Source: Longimicrobiales bacterium (lineage in GTDB: Bacteria; Gemmatimonadota; Gemmatimonadetes; Longimicrobiales; Gaopeijiaceae). Taken from it: a DNA stretch of 64,000 bases. Position numbers and translations under genes: made by a program. A model generated the notes under the pieces. That model saw only the letters and a program-made list of their open reading frames with translations, was not told the DNA's origin and made no database searches. Position 1 is the first letter of the stretch, and every line of letters begins with the position of its first letter. Below are positions 1-10,599 of this stretch, in pieces. The stretch is from positions 628,751 through 692,750 of the forward strand of contig JAWLHJ010000002.1 in the NCBI GenBank assembly GCA_041690395.1, in the 5' to 3' direction.

Positions 1-192
1 TCGGCGCTGCTTTCGGCCGGCCCGAGCGGCGCGCGCTCCCGTGAATTGAACGGCGGCGTTGCGATCTGCCATGAAGCCGGGAGCCCGACGACCCGCGCAA
101 CCGGCAACACGCTTCCGGCACCGGCAAACAATGCGCGATTTCAGGGCCTTGACGAAGCGCCGTGGAGAACCCGGGCTTCGTACTCTTATCGG

Positions 193-1392
193 TCAGCGGC
201 CCGGCGTGACCCCGGACGGCACAGCACAGTTCGAGACGGCCGCGATCTCGGCCTCGGTGCCGGGGAAGTACTTCCGCCGCCACCAGAGCGCGACGTTCAC
301 GAGCCCGATGAGCACGGGCACCTCCACGAGCGGGCCGATCACGGCCGCGAACGCCGCCCCGTGCGCGATCCCGAACGTGCCCACGGCCACCGCGATGGCG
401 AGCTCGAAGTTGTTCGACGCGGCCGTGAAGGACAGCGTGGCCGTCTTCGGGTAGTCGGCGCCCGCCCAGCGGCTCATGAAGAACGTGATCGCGAACATCG
501 CCAGGAAGTAGATCAGGAGCGGGACGGCGACACGGACCACGTCCAGCGGTCGGGCGACGATCGCCTCGCCCTGGATGGAGAACATGACGACGATCGTGAA
601 CAGGAGCGCCACGAGCGTCAGCGGGCTGATCCTCGGAATGAAGCGCTCGTGGTACCAGGCCTTCCCTTTCGCCTTCACGAGGACGAACCGCGTGAGCATC
701 CCGGCCAGGAACGGGATCCCGAGGTAGATGAACACGCTCTCGGCGATCTGGCCCATGGTGATGGCGACCACCGTCCCCTCGAGCCCCAGCCACCCCGGCA
801 CGACCGTGATGAAGAGCCAGGCGTACACGGAGTAGAAGAACACCTGGAAGATCGAGTTGAAGGCCACGAGCCCCGCAGCGTACTCGTTGTCCCCGTCCGC
901 GAGCTCGTTCCAGACGATGACCATCGCGATGCAGCGGGCGAGTCCGATCAGGATGAGTCCCACCATGAGCTCGGGATGGTCCCGCAGGAACGCGACCGCG
1001 AGACCGAACATGAGCAGCGGCCCGATGATCCAGTTCTGGACGAGCGACAGGCCCAGGATCTTCCAGTCGCGGAAGACGTCGCCCAACTCCTCGTACCGCA
1101 CCTTGGCGAGCGGCGGGTACATCATGAGGATGAGCCCGATGGCGATGGGGATCGACGTGGTCCCGACGTGCGTCGCCTCGTTCAGCGCCGTGATCGGCTC
1201 GGGCCACACGAAGCCGAGCGCGACACCGAACACCATGGCAGCGCCGATCCAGAGCGTCAGGTAGCGGTCGAGGAGGGACATCCGGCGGGCCACACCCTGG
1301 CTCCCCGCCGCGCGCTGGCTCCCGCCTACGCCCCGGCCCTCCGCCACACTCCGGTCTTCCGCCGCGCCTCGCTCCCTGTTCCGACTCATCAT
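193..1392 (-). CDS. acr3: ACR3-family arsenite efflux transporter
   Basis: Motifs [56 protein letters not shown]. Start overlaps the arsA stop; alternative start near 1280. Confidence 0.95.
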   Translation of the reverse strand: MMSRNRERGAAEDRSVAEGRGVGGSQRAAGSQGVARRMSLLDRYLTLWIGAAMVFGVALGFVWPEPITALNEATHVGTTSIPIAIGLILMMYPPLAKVRYEELGDVFRDWKILGLSLVQNWIIGPLLMFGLAVAFLRDHPELMVGLILIGLARCIAMVIVWNELADGDNEYAAGLVAFNSIFQVFFYSVYAWLFITVVPGWLGLEGTVVAITMGQIAESVFIYLGIPFLAGMLTRFVLVKAKGKAWYHERFIPRISPLTLVALLFTIVVMFSIQGEAIVARPLDVVRVAVPLLIYFLAMFAITFFMSRWAGADYPKTATLSFTAASNNFELAIAVAVGTFGIAHGAAFAAVIGPLVEVPVLIGLVNVALWWRRKYFPGTEAEIAAVSNCAVPSGVTPGR

Positions 1393-3164
1393 GTCCTCGC
1401 CGCGTCCGGTTCTCGCATCATGCGCTCCAGACCCTCACGCCCGACGGGCTCTCGTTCCAGGCGTGGCACCAGGTAGACGCGGTCCGACAGCTGCACTACG
1501 ACCTTTTCGATCTGTTCCACTTCCGCCTCGGCCCGGCGGACCAACAGCGGATCGGTGGGGTGAGCCGCCGCCAGGCTGTTGTTGACGACCCACGCGTAGG
1601 GCTCGATCCCGGCGCGGCGCAGGTCCTCGGCGAGGGCGGACGCTTCGAGCACCGGGGTGGTCTCCGGAAGCGTCACGATGATGATCCGCGTGTAGTCCGG
1701 GTCCCGGAGCCGCATGAGCGGAGTGGTCACCGCCCCGCCCAGGCCTTCGGTGTTGCGGAGGACTTCGCGGTGGTACGAGCCCGCCGAGTCGAGGAGCAGG
1801 AGCGTGTGGCCCGTCGGCGCCGTGTCCATGATGACCAACTCCCGGCGCGCGCCCGCCACGATCCGCGAGAAGGCGTGGAAGACCGCCACTTCCTCGGTGC
1901 AGGGCGACCGGAGATCCTCCTCCAGGAGCGCCCGACCTTCCTCGTCCAGCTTACGTCCGGAGCGCTCGAGGATCTTCTTCCGATAGGCCGCTACCTCGGC
2001 CTCTGGATCGATGCGGCTGATCCGCAGACGCCCCGCGTCCTCGCCGACGACGTCCGCGACGTGCGCGGCCGGATCCGTGGTGGTGAGGTGCACGTCGGAC
2101 CCGCGGGCGGCGATCTCCATGGCGAGGGCGGCGGCGACCGAGGTCTTCCCGACGCCTCCCTTCCCCATGACCATGACCAGGCCATGCGCCTGGCCCGCCA
2201 GCTCGTCCGCCAACCGTTCCAGGCGCTGCACATCGTCCGGGATCTCCACGGCCCCGGCCCCGGATGCCCCGACGGAATCCGGCTCGTCGGACAGGAGGGC
2301 CCGCGCCGCCTCCAGTCCCACGATATTCCGGCTCTTCAGCGGAACGAGTGTCCTCGGGAGATCGCGGAGGGGCTCCGGAAGCGTGGACAGGATCTCGCGC
2401 GCGCCGCCCTCGAGGGCGACCGCCAGGGCGTCCCTGTGGTCCGTGGCCTCGAACACGCCGTTCACCAGCAGATGCTGATTCCCGAGACCGACCCCGCGGA
2501 GCTCTCCGCTGGACCGCGCCGCTTCCGCCACCGCTCCCCGCTCCGGCCGCGTGACGAGTAGCAGCAGCGTACACGCCGGATCGGACAGGGCGCGCACCGT
2601 GGCCGCATACCGCTCGTGCTGCATCTTGAGCCCCGACGAGGGTCCGAGGCACGACGCGCCGCGCTCGTTCGCATCCAGGAAGTCGTTCCAGGCGGCCGGA
2701 AGGCGCAGCAGGCGAATGGTGTGGCCGGTGGGCGCGGTATCGAAGACGACGTGATCGTATTCCGCGGCCGGCCCGTCGTCGCCGAGAAGCATGGTGAACT
2801 CGTCGAACGCGGCGACTTCCACGGTGCAGGCGCCCGACAGCTGCTCTTCGATGCCGTCGACCGCGTCGTCGGGGAGCACGCCTCGGTACGGCTCGAGCAC
2901 GCGCTCCCGGTAGGCCTCCGCCGCGGCCTCGGGATCGATGTTCAGCGCCGCCAATCGCTCCACCCCCGGTACGGGGGTCGGCGTGCGGCCGAGGGTCACC
3001 CCGAGGACCGCGTCCAGATTCGAGGCGGGGTCGGTGCTCACCAACAGCACGCGGCTACCGCCATCGGCCAGCGTTACCGCGGCCGCGGTGGCCAGCGACG
3101 TCTTGCCGACGCCGCCCTTGCCGGTGAAGAAGAGGTGGCGAGGCGCTTCGCTCAGCCAGCTCAC
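1389..3164 (-). CDS. arsA: Arsenical pump-driving ATPase ArsA
   Basis: Two GKGGVGKT P-loops, two DTAPTGHT signatures, metalloid-binding Cys in SGACT, ASCLG and SPCTE. Confidence 0.95.
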   Translation of the reverse strand: MSWLSEAPRHLFFTGKGGVGKTSLATAAAVTLADGGSRVLLVSTDPASNLDAVLGVTLGRTPTPVPGVERLAALNIDPEAAAEAYRERVLEPYRGVLPDDAVDGIEEQLSGACTVEVAAFDEFTMLLGDDGPAAEYDHVVFDTAPTGHTIRLLRLPAAWNDFLDANERGASCLGPSSGLKMQHERYAATVRALSDPACTLLLLVTRPERGAVAEAARSSGELRGVGLGNQHLLVNGVFEATDHRDALAVALEGGAREILSTLPEPLRDLPRTLVPLKSRNIVGLEAARALLSDEPDSVGASGAGAVEIPDDVQRLERLADELAGQAHGLVMVMGKGGVGKTSVAAALAMEIAARGSDVHLTTTDPAAHVADVVGEDAGRLRISRIDPEAEVAAYRKKILERSGRKLDEEGRALLEEDLRSPCTEEVAVFHAFSRIVAGARRELVIMDTAPTGHTLLLLDSAGSYHREVLRNTEGLGGAVTTPLMRLRDPDYTRIIIVTLPETTPVLEASALAEDLRRAGIEPYAWVVNNSLAAAHPTDPLLVRRAEAEVEQIEKVVVQLSDRVYLVPRLEREPVGREGLERMMREPDAART

Positions 3165-3934
3165 TTCGACGCCTCCTTCGCGCTCACCGGCGTACCGCCC
3201 GTCTCGAGGTACTCCGCGAAGTCGTCCGGGAGGTCGCTGCCACGGATGGCGGCGGCGGCCCGGGCGACGTCGTACTCGACACGAGGGAAGCCGACGTCCA
3301 CCTCGTCCCCGCTCATGTCGACGACGGCATAGCCCGCCCGCCAGTCCCCGTCCTTCGGACGCCCGACGGACCCGGTGTTCACGAAGTGGATTCCACCCAC
3401 GTCGCGGTGCCAGGGCTTGTGCGTATGCCCGAACGCGATCACGTCACCCGCCCTGGCGCCCATCTGCGCGGCCATCCTGGAGCAGAAGTCATCGGACCGG
3501 TCCTCCGTCCAGTAGACGGTGTTCAGCACGGGATTGCCGTGCACGAGCATGAGCCGGGGACCGGACGCGTGCCCACCCCGCGGCCGGATGTCGATGCGGA
3601 ACGGGAGGGCGCCGAGCCACCGCTTCGTCTCCCGGGAGACGTTCGCGCGCGTCCACTCGTAGCTAAGGTGGCTGAGGGCCTCCTGCCGCGGGTCCTCGTA
3701 CTTGCACCCGCAGTGCCTGTAGTCCGTCGCCGTCGTGGAGTCGTAGTTCCCGGCCACCCCGGGGATCGCTCGCTCGCGAAGGACGGCGACTACCTCGTTC
3801 GGCCACGGCGCGTACCCGACGAGGTCTCCGAGATGATAGACGGCGTCGAGGTCCGACCGGTCGTCGATGACGGAGAGCACGGCCTCGAGCGCCGGCAGGT
3901 TTCCGTGGATGTCGCTGATGAGGGCGTAGCGCAT
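3161..3934 (-). CDS. Calcineurin-like metallophosphoesterase (YfcE-like), ars-operon associated
   Basis: DIHGN, GDLVGY, GNYD, VHG, GHTH, NTGSVG motifs plus a CGC insert; translationally coupled to arsR and arsA. Confidence 0.9.
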   Translation of the reverse strand: MRYALISDIHGNLPALEAVLSVIDDRSDLDAVYHLGDLVGYAPWPNEVVAVLRERAIPGVAGNYDSTTATDYRHCGCKYEDPRQEALSHLSYEWTRANVSRETKRWLGALPFRIDIRPRGGHASGPRLMLVHGNPVLNTVYWTEDRSDDFCSRMAAQMGARAGDVIAFGHTHKPWHRDVGGIHFVNTGSVGRPKDGDWRAGYAVVDMSGDEVDVGFPRVEYDVARAAAAIRGSDLPDDFAEYLETGGTPVSAKEASK

Positions 3935-4269
3935 CAGTCGCAGCAGACCCCGTCGCGGCGCGCGTGCGGCTCCCAGGCCCCACTCGACTCCACATCGGCC
4001 AGGACCATCCGCATCTCCTCGAGCGCCTCGGGCACGAGCCGGTAGTAGACCCAGCGTCCCTCGCGGCGGTCCGCGACCACGCCGGCATCCTTCAGCTTGC
4101 GGAGGTGGAACGAGAGGCGGGACTGCGCGGCGCCGAGCTCGTCCTGCAGCTCACACACGCACATCTCACCCGGGGATAGCAGGCGGACGATACGGAGCCG
4201 GGTCTCCTCGGCGACCGCCTGGAAGCGTTGGAGGGCGACCGCGTCGGGTAGGGGCGTTTCAGTAGCCAT
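3934..4269 (-). CDS. arsR: ArsR/SmtB-family metalloregulator
   Basis: EMCVCEL alpha-3 site, QSRLSFHLRKL HTH, REGRWVYY wing, C-terminal CC. Confidence 0.93.
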   Translation of the reverse strand: MATETPLPDAVALQRFQAVAEETRLRIVRLLSPGEMCVCELQDELGAAQSRLSFHLRKLKDAGVVADRREGRWVYYRLVPEALEEMRMVLADVESSGAWEPHARRDGVCCD

Positions 4270-4281
4270 GCCGGACGATAC

Positions 4282-4297
4282 ATCAACGAGTGTTGAT
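4282..4297. promoter_or_regulatory. ArsR operator palindrome ATCAAC-GAGT-GTTGAT
   Basis: Perfect 6-4-6 inverted repeat about 12 nt upstream of the arsR start; resembles ATCAA-N6-TTGAT ArsR/SmtB boxes. Confidence 0.7.
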
Positions 4298-4368
4298 ACG
4301 TCAATCGGCGACCTCCGCCGGGCGGGCGGGCTTCCTGCGCGGCGAGGTCCCGGACATCTTCCACGTCC

Positions 4369-5385
4369 ATGACTCGCCTATCCGTTCTCGACGTGCTTCC
4401 CGTTCCCTCCGGCTTCGAGGCCGGCGCGGTCCTGGCGCGCGCGCCGGAGCTGGCCCGCCTGGCGGACCGGCTCGGCTACCACAGGATCTGGTACGCCGAG
4501 CACCACGGCATGGGCGGGATCGCGGCGACCTCGCCCGAGCTCATGATCGCCCACATCGCGCCACTCACGGAGCGGGTGCGCATCGGGGCCGGCGGCGTCA
4601 TGCTGCCGAACCACGTGCCCCTCCAGGTGGTGGAGCGGTTCCGTACCCTCGAGTCGCTGCACCCCGGCCGCATCGACCTCGGGATCGGGCGCGCGCCCGG
4701 AACCGACCCCCTCACGGCTCGTGCGCTGCGCTCCGCGTCGGGGGCCCAGGTCGGCAATCTCATGGCCGAGCTCCTCGCGTTCGCGCACGGCGATTTCCCC
4801 GGGGACCACCCGTTCGGTCGGATCCACGTCACGCCCGGCGACGTGCGGCTTCCACCGGTCTGGATGCTCGGGTCGAGCGGCGGAAGCGCGCGGCTCGCCG
4901 GGGAGATCGGGGCCGGATACGCCTTCGCGGCCCACTTCAGCCAGGTGCCGGCGGGTCCCGCGGTCGAGGCCTACCGGAGCTCGTTCAGGCCTTCGGCCGA
5001 CTTCCCCGAGCCGCGCGTGATGCTCGCGCTCTCCGTCGTGTGCGCGGCGACCCGCGAGGAGGCCCGTGCGCTCTCGTCGTCCATCGAAGTCCAGTTCGAG
5101 CGGATGGGACGCGGCGAGGCCGGCCCCCTGCCGAGCCCCGACGAGGCGCGCGCCTCCGGATGGCGGGCCGACGCCCCCATGCGGGGGCCCATGGCCGAGC
5201 TTCTCGTGCACGGCACGCCGGACGATGTCCGGGCCGGTATCGAACGGCGGGCGGCCGAGGTCGAAGCGGACGAGGTCATGATCATGACGATCGTGCACGA
5301 CCCGGAGGCGCGGCTGCGGTCGTACGAGCTCGTCGCCGGGGCGTTCGCCGACACGACCGGCTCGGCCCGCGCTACCGGATCGTGA
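4369..5385 (+). CDS. LLM-class (luciferase-like) flavin-dependent oxidoreductase
   Basis: RLSVLD, WYAEHH, IGAGGVMLPNH, GRIDLGIGRAPG, WMLGSS motifs. Confidence 0.9.
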   Translation: MTRLSVLDVLPVPSGFEAGAVLARAPELARLADRLGYHRIWYAEHHGMGGIAATSPELMIAHIAPLTERVRIGAGGVMLPNHVPLQVVERFRTLESLHPGRIDLGIGRAPGTDPLTARALRSASGAQVGNLMAELLAFAHGDFPGDHPFGRIHVTPGDVRLPPVWMLGSSGGSARLAGEIGAGYAFAAHFSQVPAGPAVEAYRSSFRPSADFPEPRVMLALSVVCAATREEARALSSSIEVQFERMGRGEAGPLPSPDEARASGWRADAPMRGPMAELLVHGTPDDVRAGIERRAAEVEADEVMIMTIVHDPEARLRSYELVAGAFADTTGSARATGS

Positions 5386-6040
5386 TCACGCTCGAGGGGG
5401 TGCTGATCTCTGCCTCCAGGCGCGGCTCGGGCGCCTGCTCGAACACGATCGGAAGGCCGAGCGCGTCCGCGACCGCCCGGGCTTCGTCGGCGCGAGGGTG
5501 GTAGCCGCGTAGCGCGACCAGGCTGCATCCGGCCTCGAGTGATTCCGAGGGGTGCGGGCTCTCCCCCCAGTCCATGAGGAACGGCAGGACGCCATCCATC
5601 CGGTCCGCCCGCGGGTCGGTGACGTGCCAGTCCAGCCGCACGCCGTCGGGGCGGACCCGGCCACCCCGCGAGACGGGCCCGAGCTCCACGCCGAGGGTGC
5701 GGGCACGCTCGGCCGCCGCGCCCAGGTCGGGGGTGCGGGCCGACCAGGTCGCGAGCCTGGGCCCGGCCATGACGTCGATACCGAACCATCGCGGCAGATC
5801 GGGCTCGGACTGCTCGGGATCCGGCCCGATGATCTCGATGTAGGCGCCAGGGTCGAGCCGCACGAGCGCGTTGCGCGTGCCGACGCCGGGGTGGCTCCCC
5901 CCGACGACGGCCCTCACGCCGAGGAGCGCCTCGACGTAGTCGACCGCCTCGGCGAGGTCGGGTCCGGCGACGATGAGGTGGTCCAGGTGGGTGCCGGCGT
6001 GGCTCATGGGTTGGTGCCCGTTCGTGGTCGGTGCGGTCAT
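5372..6040 (-). CDS. VOC/glyoxalase-like family protein
   Basis: LDHLIVA, GGSHPGVGTRNAL, YIEIIGPDP, LPFLMDWG; start chosen at MTAPTT. Confidence 0.85.
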   Translation of the reverse strand: MTAPTTNGHQPMSHAGTHLDHLIVAGPDLAEAVDYVEALLGVRAVVGGSHPGVGTRNALVRLDPGAYIEIIGPDPEQSEPDLPRWFGIDVMAGPRLATWSARTPDLGAAAERARTLGVELGPVSRGGRVRPDGVRLDWHVTDPRADRMDGVLPFLMDWGESPHPSESLEAGCSLVALRGYHPRADEARAVADALGLPIVFEQAPEPRLEAEISTPSSVITIR

Positions 6041-6087
6041 AGGTCCCCGCTTCATTCTAATGAACGTGCGCGCACACGCACGGCGAA

Positions 6088-6856
6088 ACGCGCCGTCTTC
6101 TCCATGCGCTGGGACGTTGCGGGAGGGCTCGCGACCCTCCACTTCACGAACGCGCTGGTCGACGCCGACGGCACGGAGTCACCCGTCATGTCGGCGGCCG
6201 CCGTGTACCGGATCGATGGCGCCGCGGACGGCGTCTGGCTGGATTCACGCGGTGAGCGTATCGAGCTGACCTGGACCGTCGCCGACGGGGCCCTGGTCGT
6301 CGATTGGCGGGCCAGCGCGGAGTCCGGCCGCACGACCTATCGTCCTGTCGACCGGAACCGCGTCGAGGTCGTGGACGAGGTCGCGGCCGCCGACGGCTGG
6401 CGCGTCTTCGGAACATCCTCGTACGCTCGCATCGGTGCGGCGCCGGGGATGCCCGCCACCCCGGCCGGCCCGCTCGACGCCGTGGCCTTCTTGGCCGGCA
6501 CCTGGTGCTCCAGCCCCCCACCCGCGGGCACGATGATCGAGGAGCACTACACGACGCCGAGCGCCAACCTCGTCCTCGGCACGACCCGGTATCTCAGGGA
6601 GGGCGCCACGGTCGGGCACGAGATCACGCGAATCGAGGCCGACTCGACGGGCATCGTCCTCACCCCCACCCCCTCCGGTCAAGCGGCCGTCCCGTTCCGC
6701 CTGACCGAGTCCGCGCACGGGCGAGCCGCGTTCGAGAATCCGGAGCACGACTTCCCGGCCCGGATCGAGTACGAGCGGGTCGGCGACGAGCTCGTGGCCC
6801 GCGCGCTCGGTGCCGATGGCGCAGGACCCGAGTGGCGCATGTCGCCGTGCGCCTAG
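6088..6856 (+). pseudogene. Two-domain protein with C-terminal DUF6265-like domain, apparently 5-prime truncated (first ATG at 6104)
   Basis: C-terminal LAGTW..IEEHYT..FENPEHDFPARIEY domain; the N-terminal domain appears to begin mid-fold with no signal peptide or clear RBS. Confidence 0.5.
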
Positions 6857-6866
6857 CAGGCCGGGT

Positions 6867-7319
6867 TCACACGCCGAACTGGGTCAGGTGATGGTCGAGG
6901 TGCTTGTAGAAGAGGTTGTTCCACTCGGTCCGCGTGAGGGGGCCGAACGAGAGCGACTCCTTCCCGTCGAAGTGCGCACCACCGAGCTCCGCGGTGCGCT
7001 CGAGGTACGCGATCAGGCGATCGCGCTCCCGCTCGAAGTCCCGTTCGTCGGTGATCCTGAACGCGGGAGCGGTCGGGGTGTTCTTCCGGTAGGGCTTCTC
7101 GCCGACCACGCCTCGCTTCACGAACGTGCGGAGCAGGAAGCGCGCGACCGGCCCCGGGCGCGGGTGCTTGTCCTCGTACACCATCTCATACGGGACACAG
7201 CAGTGGGCGAGCATCTGGCCGACGCTCATCTTGCCCCATTCGGGCTGGGTGGTGGGCTCGAGCGAGCGCAGGCGTCCGACGAGCTCTTGCGTCACCGCCG
7301 GATCGAAGACGTCCTTCAT
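6867..7319 (-). CDS. DUF1569 (DinB-like) protein
   Basis: WGKMSVGQMLAHC and KHLDHHLTQFGV motifs; GGAGG RBS. Confidence 0.85.
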   Translation of the reverse strand: MKDVFDPAVTQELVGRLRSLEPTTQPEWGKMSVGQMLAHCCVPYEMVYEDKHPRPGPVARFLLRTFVKRGVVGEKPYRKNTPTAPAFRITDERDFERERDRLIAYLERTAELGGAHFDGKESLSFGPLTRTEWNNLFYKHLDHHLTQFGV

Positions 7320-7413
7320 GGTGCCTCCAGATAGGGGTCCGACGGACCATCCCGTTCCTTCGCGGGAATGTCAAGCGCGAAGGTCGCTCGCTGTTCCGAC
7401 CCGCCCGCCCGCC

Positions 7414-10113
7414 CTACTCCGCGTTGAGCGTCTCGAGCGGATCCGTTCGGCCCGCCCGATACGCCGGGAACCAGGACGCGGCGACCGCGGTGACGAAAAG
7501 CACGACCCCGGCCGACGCGAGGGCCAGCGGATCCGTGGCGGACACGCCGTAGAGCCAGCTCTCGAGCAGGCTACCCGCCGAGTAGGCCGCTACGCCCCCG
7601 ACGATCACGCCGAGGGCGGCATGGGTGACTCCATTCCGCAGGACCTCGCCCTGGATGCGTGCCCGCCCGGCCCCGAGCGCGATGCGGATGCCGAGCTCCT
7701 GCCGCCTCTGCCCCACCGCGTAGAGCAGCGTGCCGTACAGCCCCGCGGCCGCGAGCAGGAGGGCCACGATGCCGAACGCACCGAAGAGGACGGACCCGAA
7801 GCGGCGCGCCGCGGACGAGCTCGACACCCAGTCCTCGAGCGGGTCGACGGCGGGGACGGGCAGCGTGGGCTCCGCGGACCAGACCGCCTCGCGCACCGTC
7901 CGCGCGAGCCCCTCTCCCGGACCCTGGACGCGCAGCGCGAACGTGGCCCGGTCGATCGGGAACGGGACGGCCTCGACGGGCAGGTACACGGCGTAGTCGT
8001 GGGGTTGGTCGAGGCCGTAGTGCCGCGTGTCCTCGGCGACGCCCACCACCACGGACCCACCCCGCAGCTCGGTCAGCTCCCGCCCCACCGCGGCTTCGGC
8101 CGCCCCCCACAGCCGGACGGCGAACGCCTCGGACACGACGATAGGTACCGGCGAAGCGCCCGCGTCGAGCGCGTCCCAGGCACGCCCGGCCACCAGCTCC
8201 GTGCCGAGCGTCTCGAAGAAGCCTGCGCTCACGCCATGGAGGTCGATGCGGAACGGAGTCGCGTCCGGCTCATCCGGAGGCGTGAAGCGGTTGCCCCAAC
8301 AGCACCGGTCGCCGTTGACGTGCTCGAAGGGCATCTCGAGCCCGTACGTCGCCGAAGCCACCCCGGGGATCCCCTGGAGAGCCGCCAGCACGGCATCCAT
8401 GCGGGCACGATAACCGTCCGCCGTCTCGACGTTGGTGGGCGTCAGCGGAAGCACCCATACGTCTTCGGCCTCGACACCCGGATCGATGGAGGTCACGGAG
8501 AAGAAGCTCCTCATGAGGAGCCCGGCCGAGGCCACGAGCACCAGGGAGACCGCCACCTCGAAGACGACGAGCCCGCTCCGGAACGCCCGCAGCTTCCGTC
8601 CTCCGCTCACGCCCCGTCCGGCGCTCCTCAGGTCGTCGTGCACGTCCCGGCCCGCCGTGCGGAACGCCGGCACCAGGCCGAACAGCATGGCCGCCAGCAC
8701 CGCGAGCGCGAAGCAGACGAGGAAGACCCGAACGTCCAGGGTGGCATCGGCCCCGCGCGGGAGCTCGAGGGTCCAGCGGCGGAAGAACGCCAGGGCGCCC
8801 TGCGCCAGCATCAGTCCACCGGCCCCACCGGCGATCCCGACGACGAGGCTCTCCAGGGAGAGCTGTCCGAGCAGATTCCATGTCCCCGCGCCCATCGCCC
8901 GCCGCACTGCCATCTCCCGCGTGCGCGCGAGCCCTCGTGCCATGAAAAGGTGCGCCACGTTCACGCAGGCGACGAGCAGCAGAAGCCCCACGGCCCCGAG
9001 CAGAAGGAGCAGGCCTCCCCGTACGTCCGCGACCGTCGTCGCGTGCAGGTTGGCGAGCGGCCAGTCCTGTGGGCCTTCCGCGTAGTACTCGGGATAGGCG
9101 GCGGCGACGTCGACTTCGAGCTGGTCGATCCGCTGGTCGGCCTGCTCCAGCGACACCCCCGGGGCCAGCCGCGCGGAGATGCCGTGCGCATGATAGCCCG
9201 GGTTCTCGAAGCCCGGGTTCGCCCAATCGATGGGCCGGTAGAAGTCGGGCGCGTCACCCACTCGCGTGGGGTGGACGAAGTCTTCGCCCAGCACGCCGAC
9301 GACCTCGATGGGCTCCGCGTCGATGAGCATCGTCGAACCCACTACGTCCGGGTCCGAGCCGAACACGTCGCGCCACAGGGCGTGGCTCAAGACCGCGATC
9401 CCCACCTGGTCGCGGTCGGAGTCCACGATCAGCCGGCCGAGGAGCGGACGCGCAGCGAAGAGGGTGAAGAATTCGGGGGTCGTCTCCATGCGGCGCAGCC
9501 GGAGGGGATCGCCGTCCGGGCGCACGAGGTTCACGTCCGCCGTCGAGGTCGCCGTCCACAGCTCGAATGCCTCGATGCCGTCCAGACGCTCCAGAACGGG
9601 GCCGTTGTGCGACCCGTTGGTCAGGTACACCAGGCGCTCCGCCGCCGGATAGGGAAGCGGCCGCAGCAGCACGTGATCGACGACGGTGAAGACCGTCGTG
9701 ACCACACCGACGCCGAGGGCGATCAGCAGGACCGCCGCCGTCGTGAAGGTCCGCGCCTTGCCGAGCGAGCGCACCGTGAACCCCAGACTCCTCACCGCGT
9801 CTCCCATCATCCCCTCCCTGATCCCCCGTCGACCCGGCGCCCCCATGGCGCCGGTGATGCCCAGCCAGTCCAGCCATTCCGCCGCGACTACGCCGGGCAG
9901 TCGCCACAGCGCACGCGTCGTCACCCTCACCCGGGCCCACGCCGTCGGCGCTGCCGCGACCAGGTCCGCGAACGTCCGCTCCATCTCTCCACGATCGTGG
10001 TCCCGGAGCGGGCCCGGCGGCAGCGCGGCGAGCAGGAGGGCGTAGACGCGCTCCAGCGGACGCCTCCGGCGGCGGTCGCCGCGCCGCCCGGTGTGCCTGT
10101 CCCGCTCACCCAT
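7414..10113 (-). CDS. Duplicated orphan ABC permease (ADOP; two MacB/FtsX halves)
   Basis: VLLRPLPYP, LLVACVNVAHL, REMAVRRAMGA, ELGIRIALGA, PAYRAGRTDP; directly downstream of a padR gene. Confidence 0.9.
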   Translation of the reverse strand: MGERDRHTGRRGDRRRRRPLERVYALLLAALPPGPLRDHDRGEMERTFADLVAAAPTAWARVRVTTRALWRLPGVVAAEWLDWLGITGAMGAPGRRGIREGMMGDAVRSLGFTVRSLGKARTFTTAAVLLIALGVGVVTTVFTVVDHVLLRPLPYPAAERLVYLTNGSHNGPVLERLDGIEAFELWTATSTADVNLVRPDGDPLRLRRMETTPEFFTLFAARPLLGRLIVDSDRDQVGIAVLSHALWRDVFGSDPDVVGSTMLIDAEPIEVVGVLGEDFVHPTRVGDAPDFYRPIDWANPGFENPGYHAHGISARLAPGVSLEQADQRIDQLEVDVAAAYPEYYAEGPQDWPLANLHATTVADVRGGLLLLLGAVGLLLLVACVNVAHLFMARGLARTREMAVRRAMGAGTWNLLGQLSLESLVVGIAGGAGGLMLAQGALAFFRRWTLELPRGADATLDVRVFLVCFALAVLAAMLFGLVPAFRTAGRDVHDDLRSAGRGVSGGRKLRAFRSGLVVFEVAVSLVLVASAGLLMRSFFSVTSIDPGVEAEDVWVLPLTPTNVETADGYRARMDAVLAALQGIPGVASATYGLEMPFEHVNGDRCCWGNRFTPPDEPDATPFRIDLHGVSAGFFETLGTELVAGRAWDALDAGASPVPIVVSEAFAVRLWGAAEAAVGRELTELRGGSVVVGVAEDTRHYGLDQPHDYAVYLPVEAVPFPIDRATFALRVQGPGEGLARTVREAVWSAEPTLPVPAVDPLEDWVSSSSAARRFGSVLFGAFGIVALLLAAAGLYGTLLYAVGQRRQELGIRIALGAGRARIQGEVLRNGVTHAALGVIVGGVAAYSAGSLLESWLYGVSATDPLALASAGVVLFVTAVAASWFPAYRAGRTDPLETLNAE

Positions 10114-10116
10114 GCC

Positions 10117-10446
10117 TCAGCCCGACCGCCCCCGGGCCAGCGCCGGCCGCGCCTGGACCAGGAGCCGCTCCAGCCGGCCGACCTCCGCGGTCACGATGGC
10201 CCGCCCTCGCTCGGTGATCCGGTGCACCCGCCGTCGGTCGTCCTCGCCGTCCGCCTCCGCGATCCATCCGAGGTTCCGCATGCGCCGAAGCACCCGGTAC
10301 AGGTTGGCCGGGTCGAGGAGCACGCCCGACTCCGAGCGCTCCTCGACCGACTTGATGAGGCCGTAACCGTGTGACGGCCCCTCGGCCAGCACCGCGAGGA
10401 TCAGCAGGTCACGGGGCGCGAGGGGAAGGTGCTCCTGGATGTCCAT
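10117..10446 (-). CDS. PadR-family transcriptional regulator
   Basis: HGYGLIK, LDPANLYRVLRRM, RRVHRITERGR. Confidence 0.9.
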   Translation of the reverse strand: MDIQEHLPLAPRDLLILAVLAEGPSHGYGLIKSVEERSESGVLLDPANLYRVLRRMRNLGWIAEADGEDDRRRVHRITERGRAIVTAEVGRLERLLVQARPALARGRSG

Positions 10447-10461
10447 GGCCTCTTATCGGTC

Positions 10462-10480
10462 GAGTGACTGACTGTCATTC
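10462..10480. promoter_or_regulatory. Imperfect palindrome GAGTGAC-N5-GTCATTC, candidate PadR operator
   Basis: Inverted repeat with one mismatch about 15 nt upstream of the padR start. Confidence 0.4.
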
Positions 10481-10599
10481 TACAGATATTCAGACGGAGA
10501 CGCGCGCACAAGGGTTGCCTCCGTGCTGGTCAAGCGGCGCGACGCCCGCTACCGTGTGCCCGCCCGGATCCCACGACTCCCTATCCACGACACGCTTCG

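Noticed and set aside
46..1476. 476-aa His/Arg/Asp-rich ORF
   Set aside because: Antisense shadow of hydrophobic acr3 codons
7126..10374. 1082-aa plus-strand ORF
   Set aside because: Antisense shadow of the ADOP permease and padR; long stop-free shadow frames are expected at this GC content
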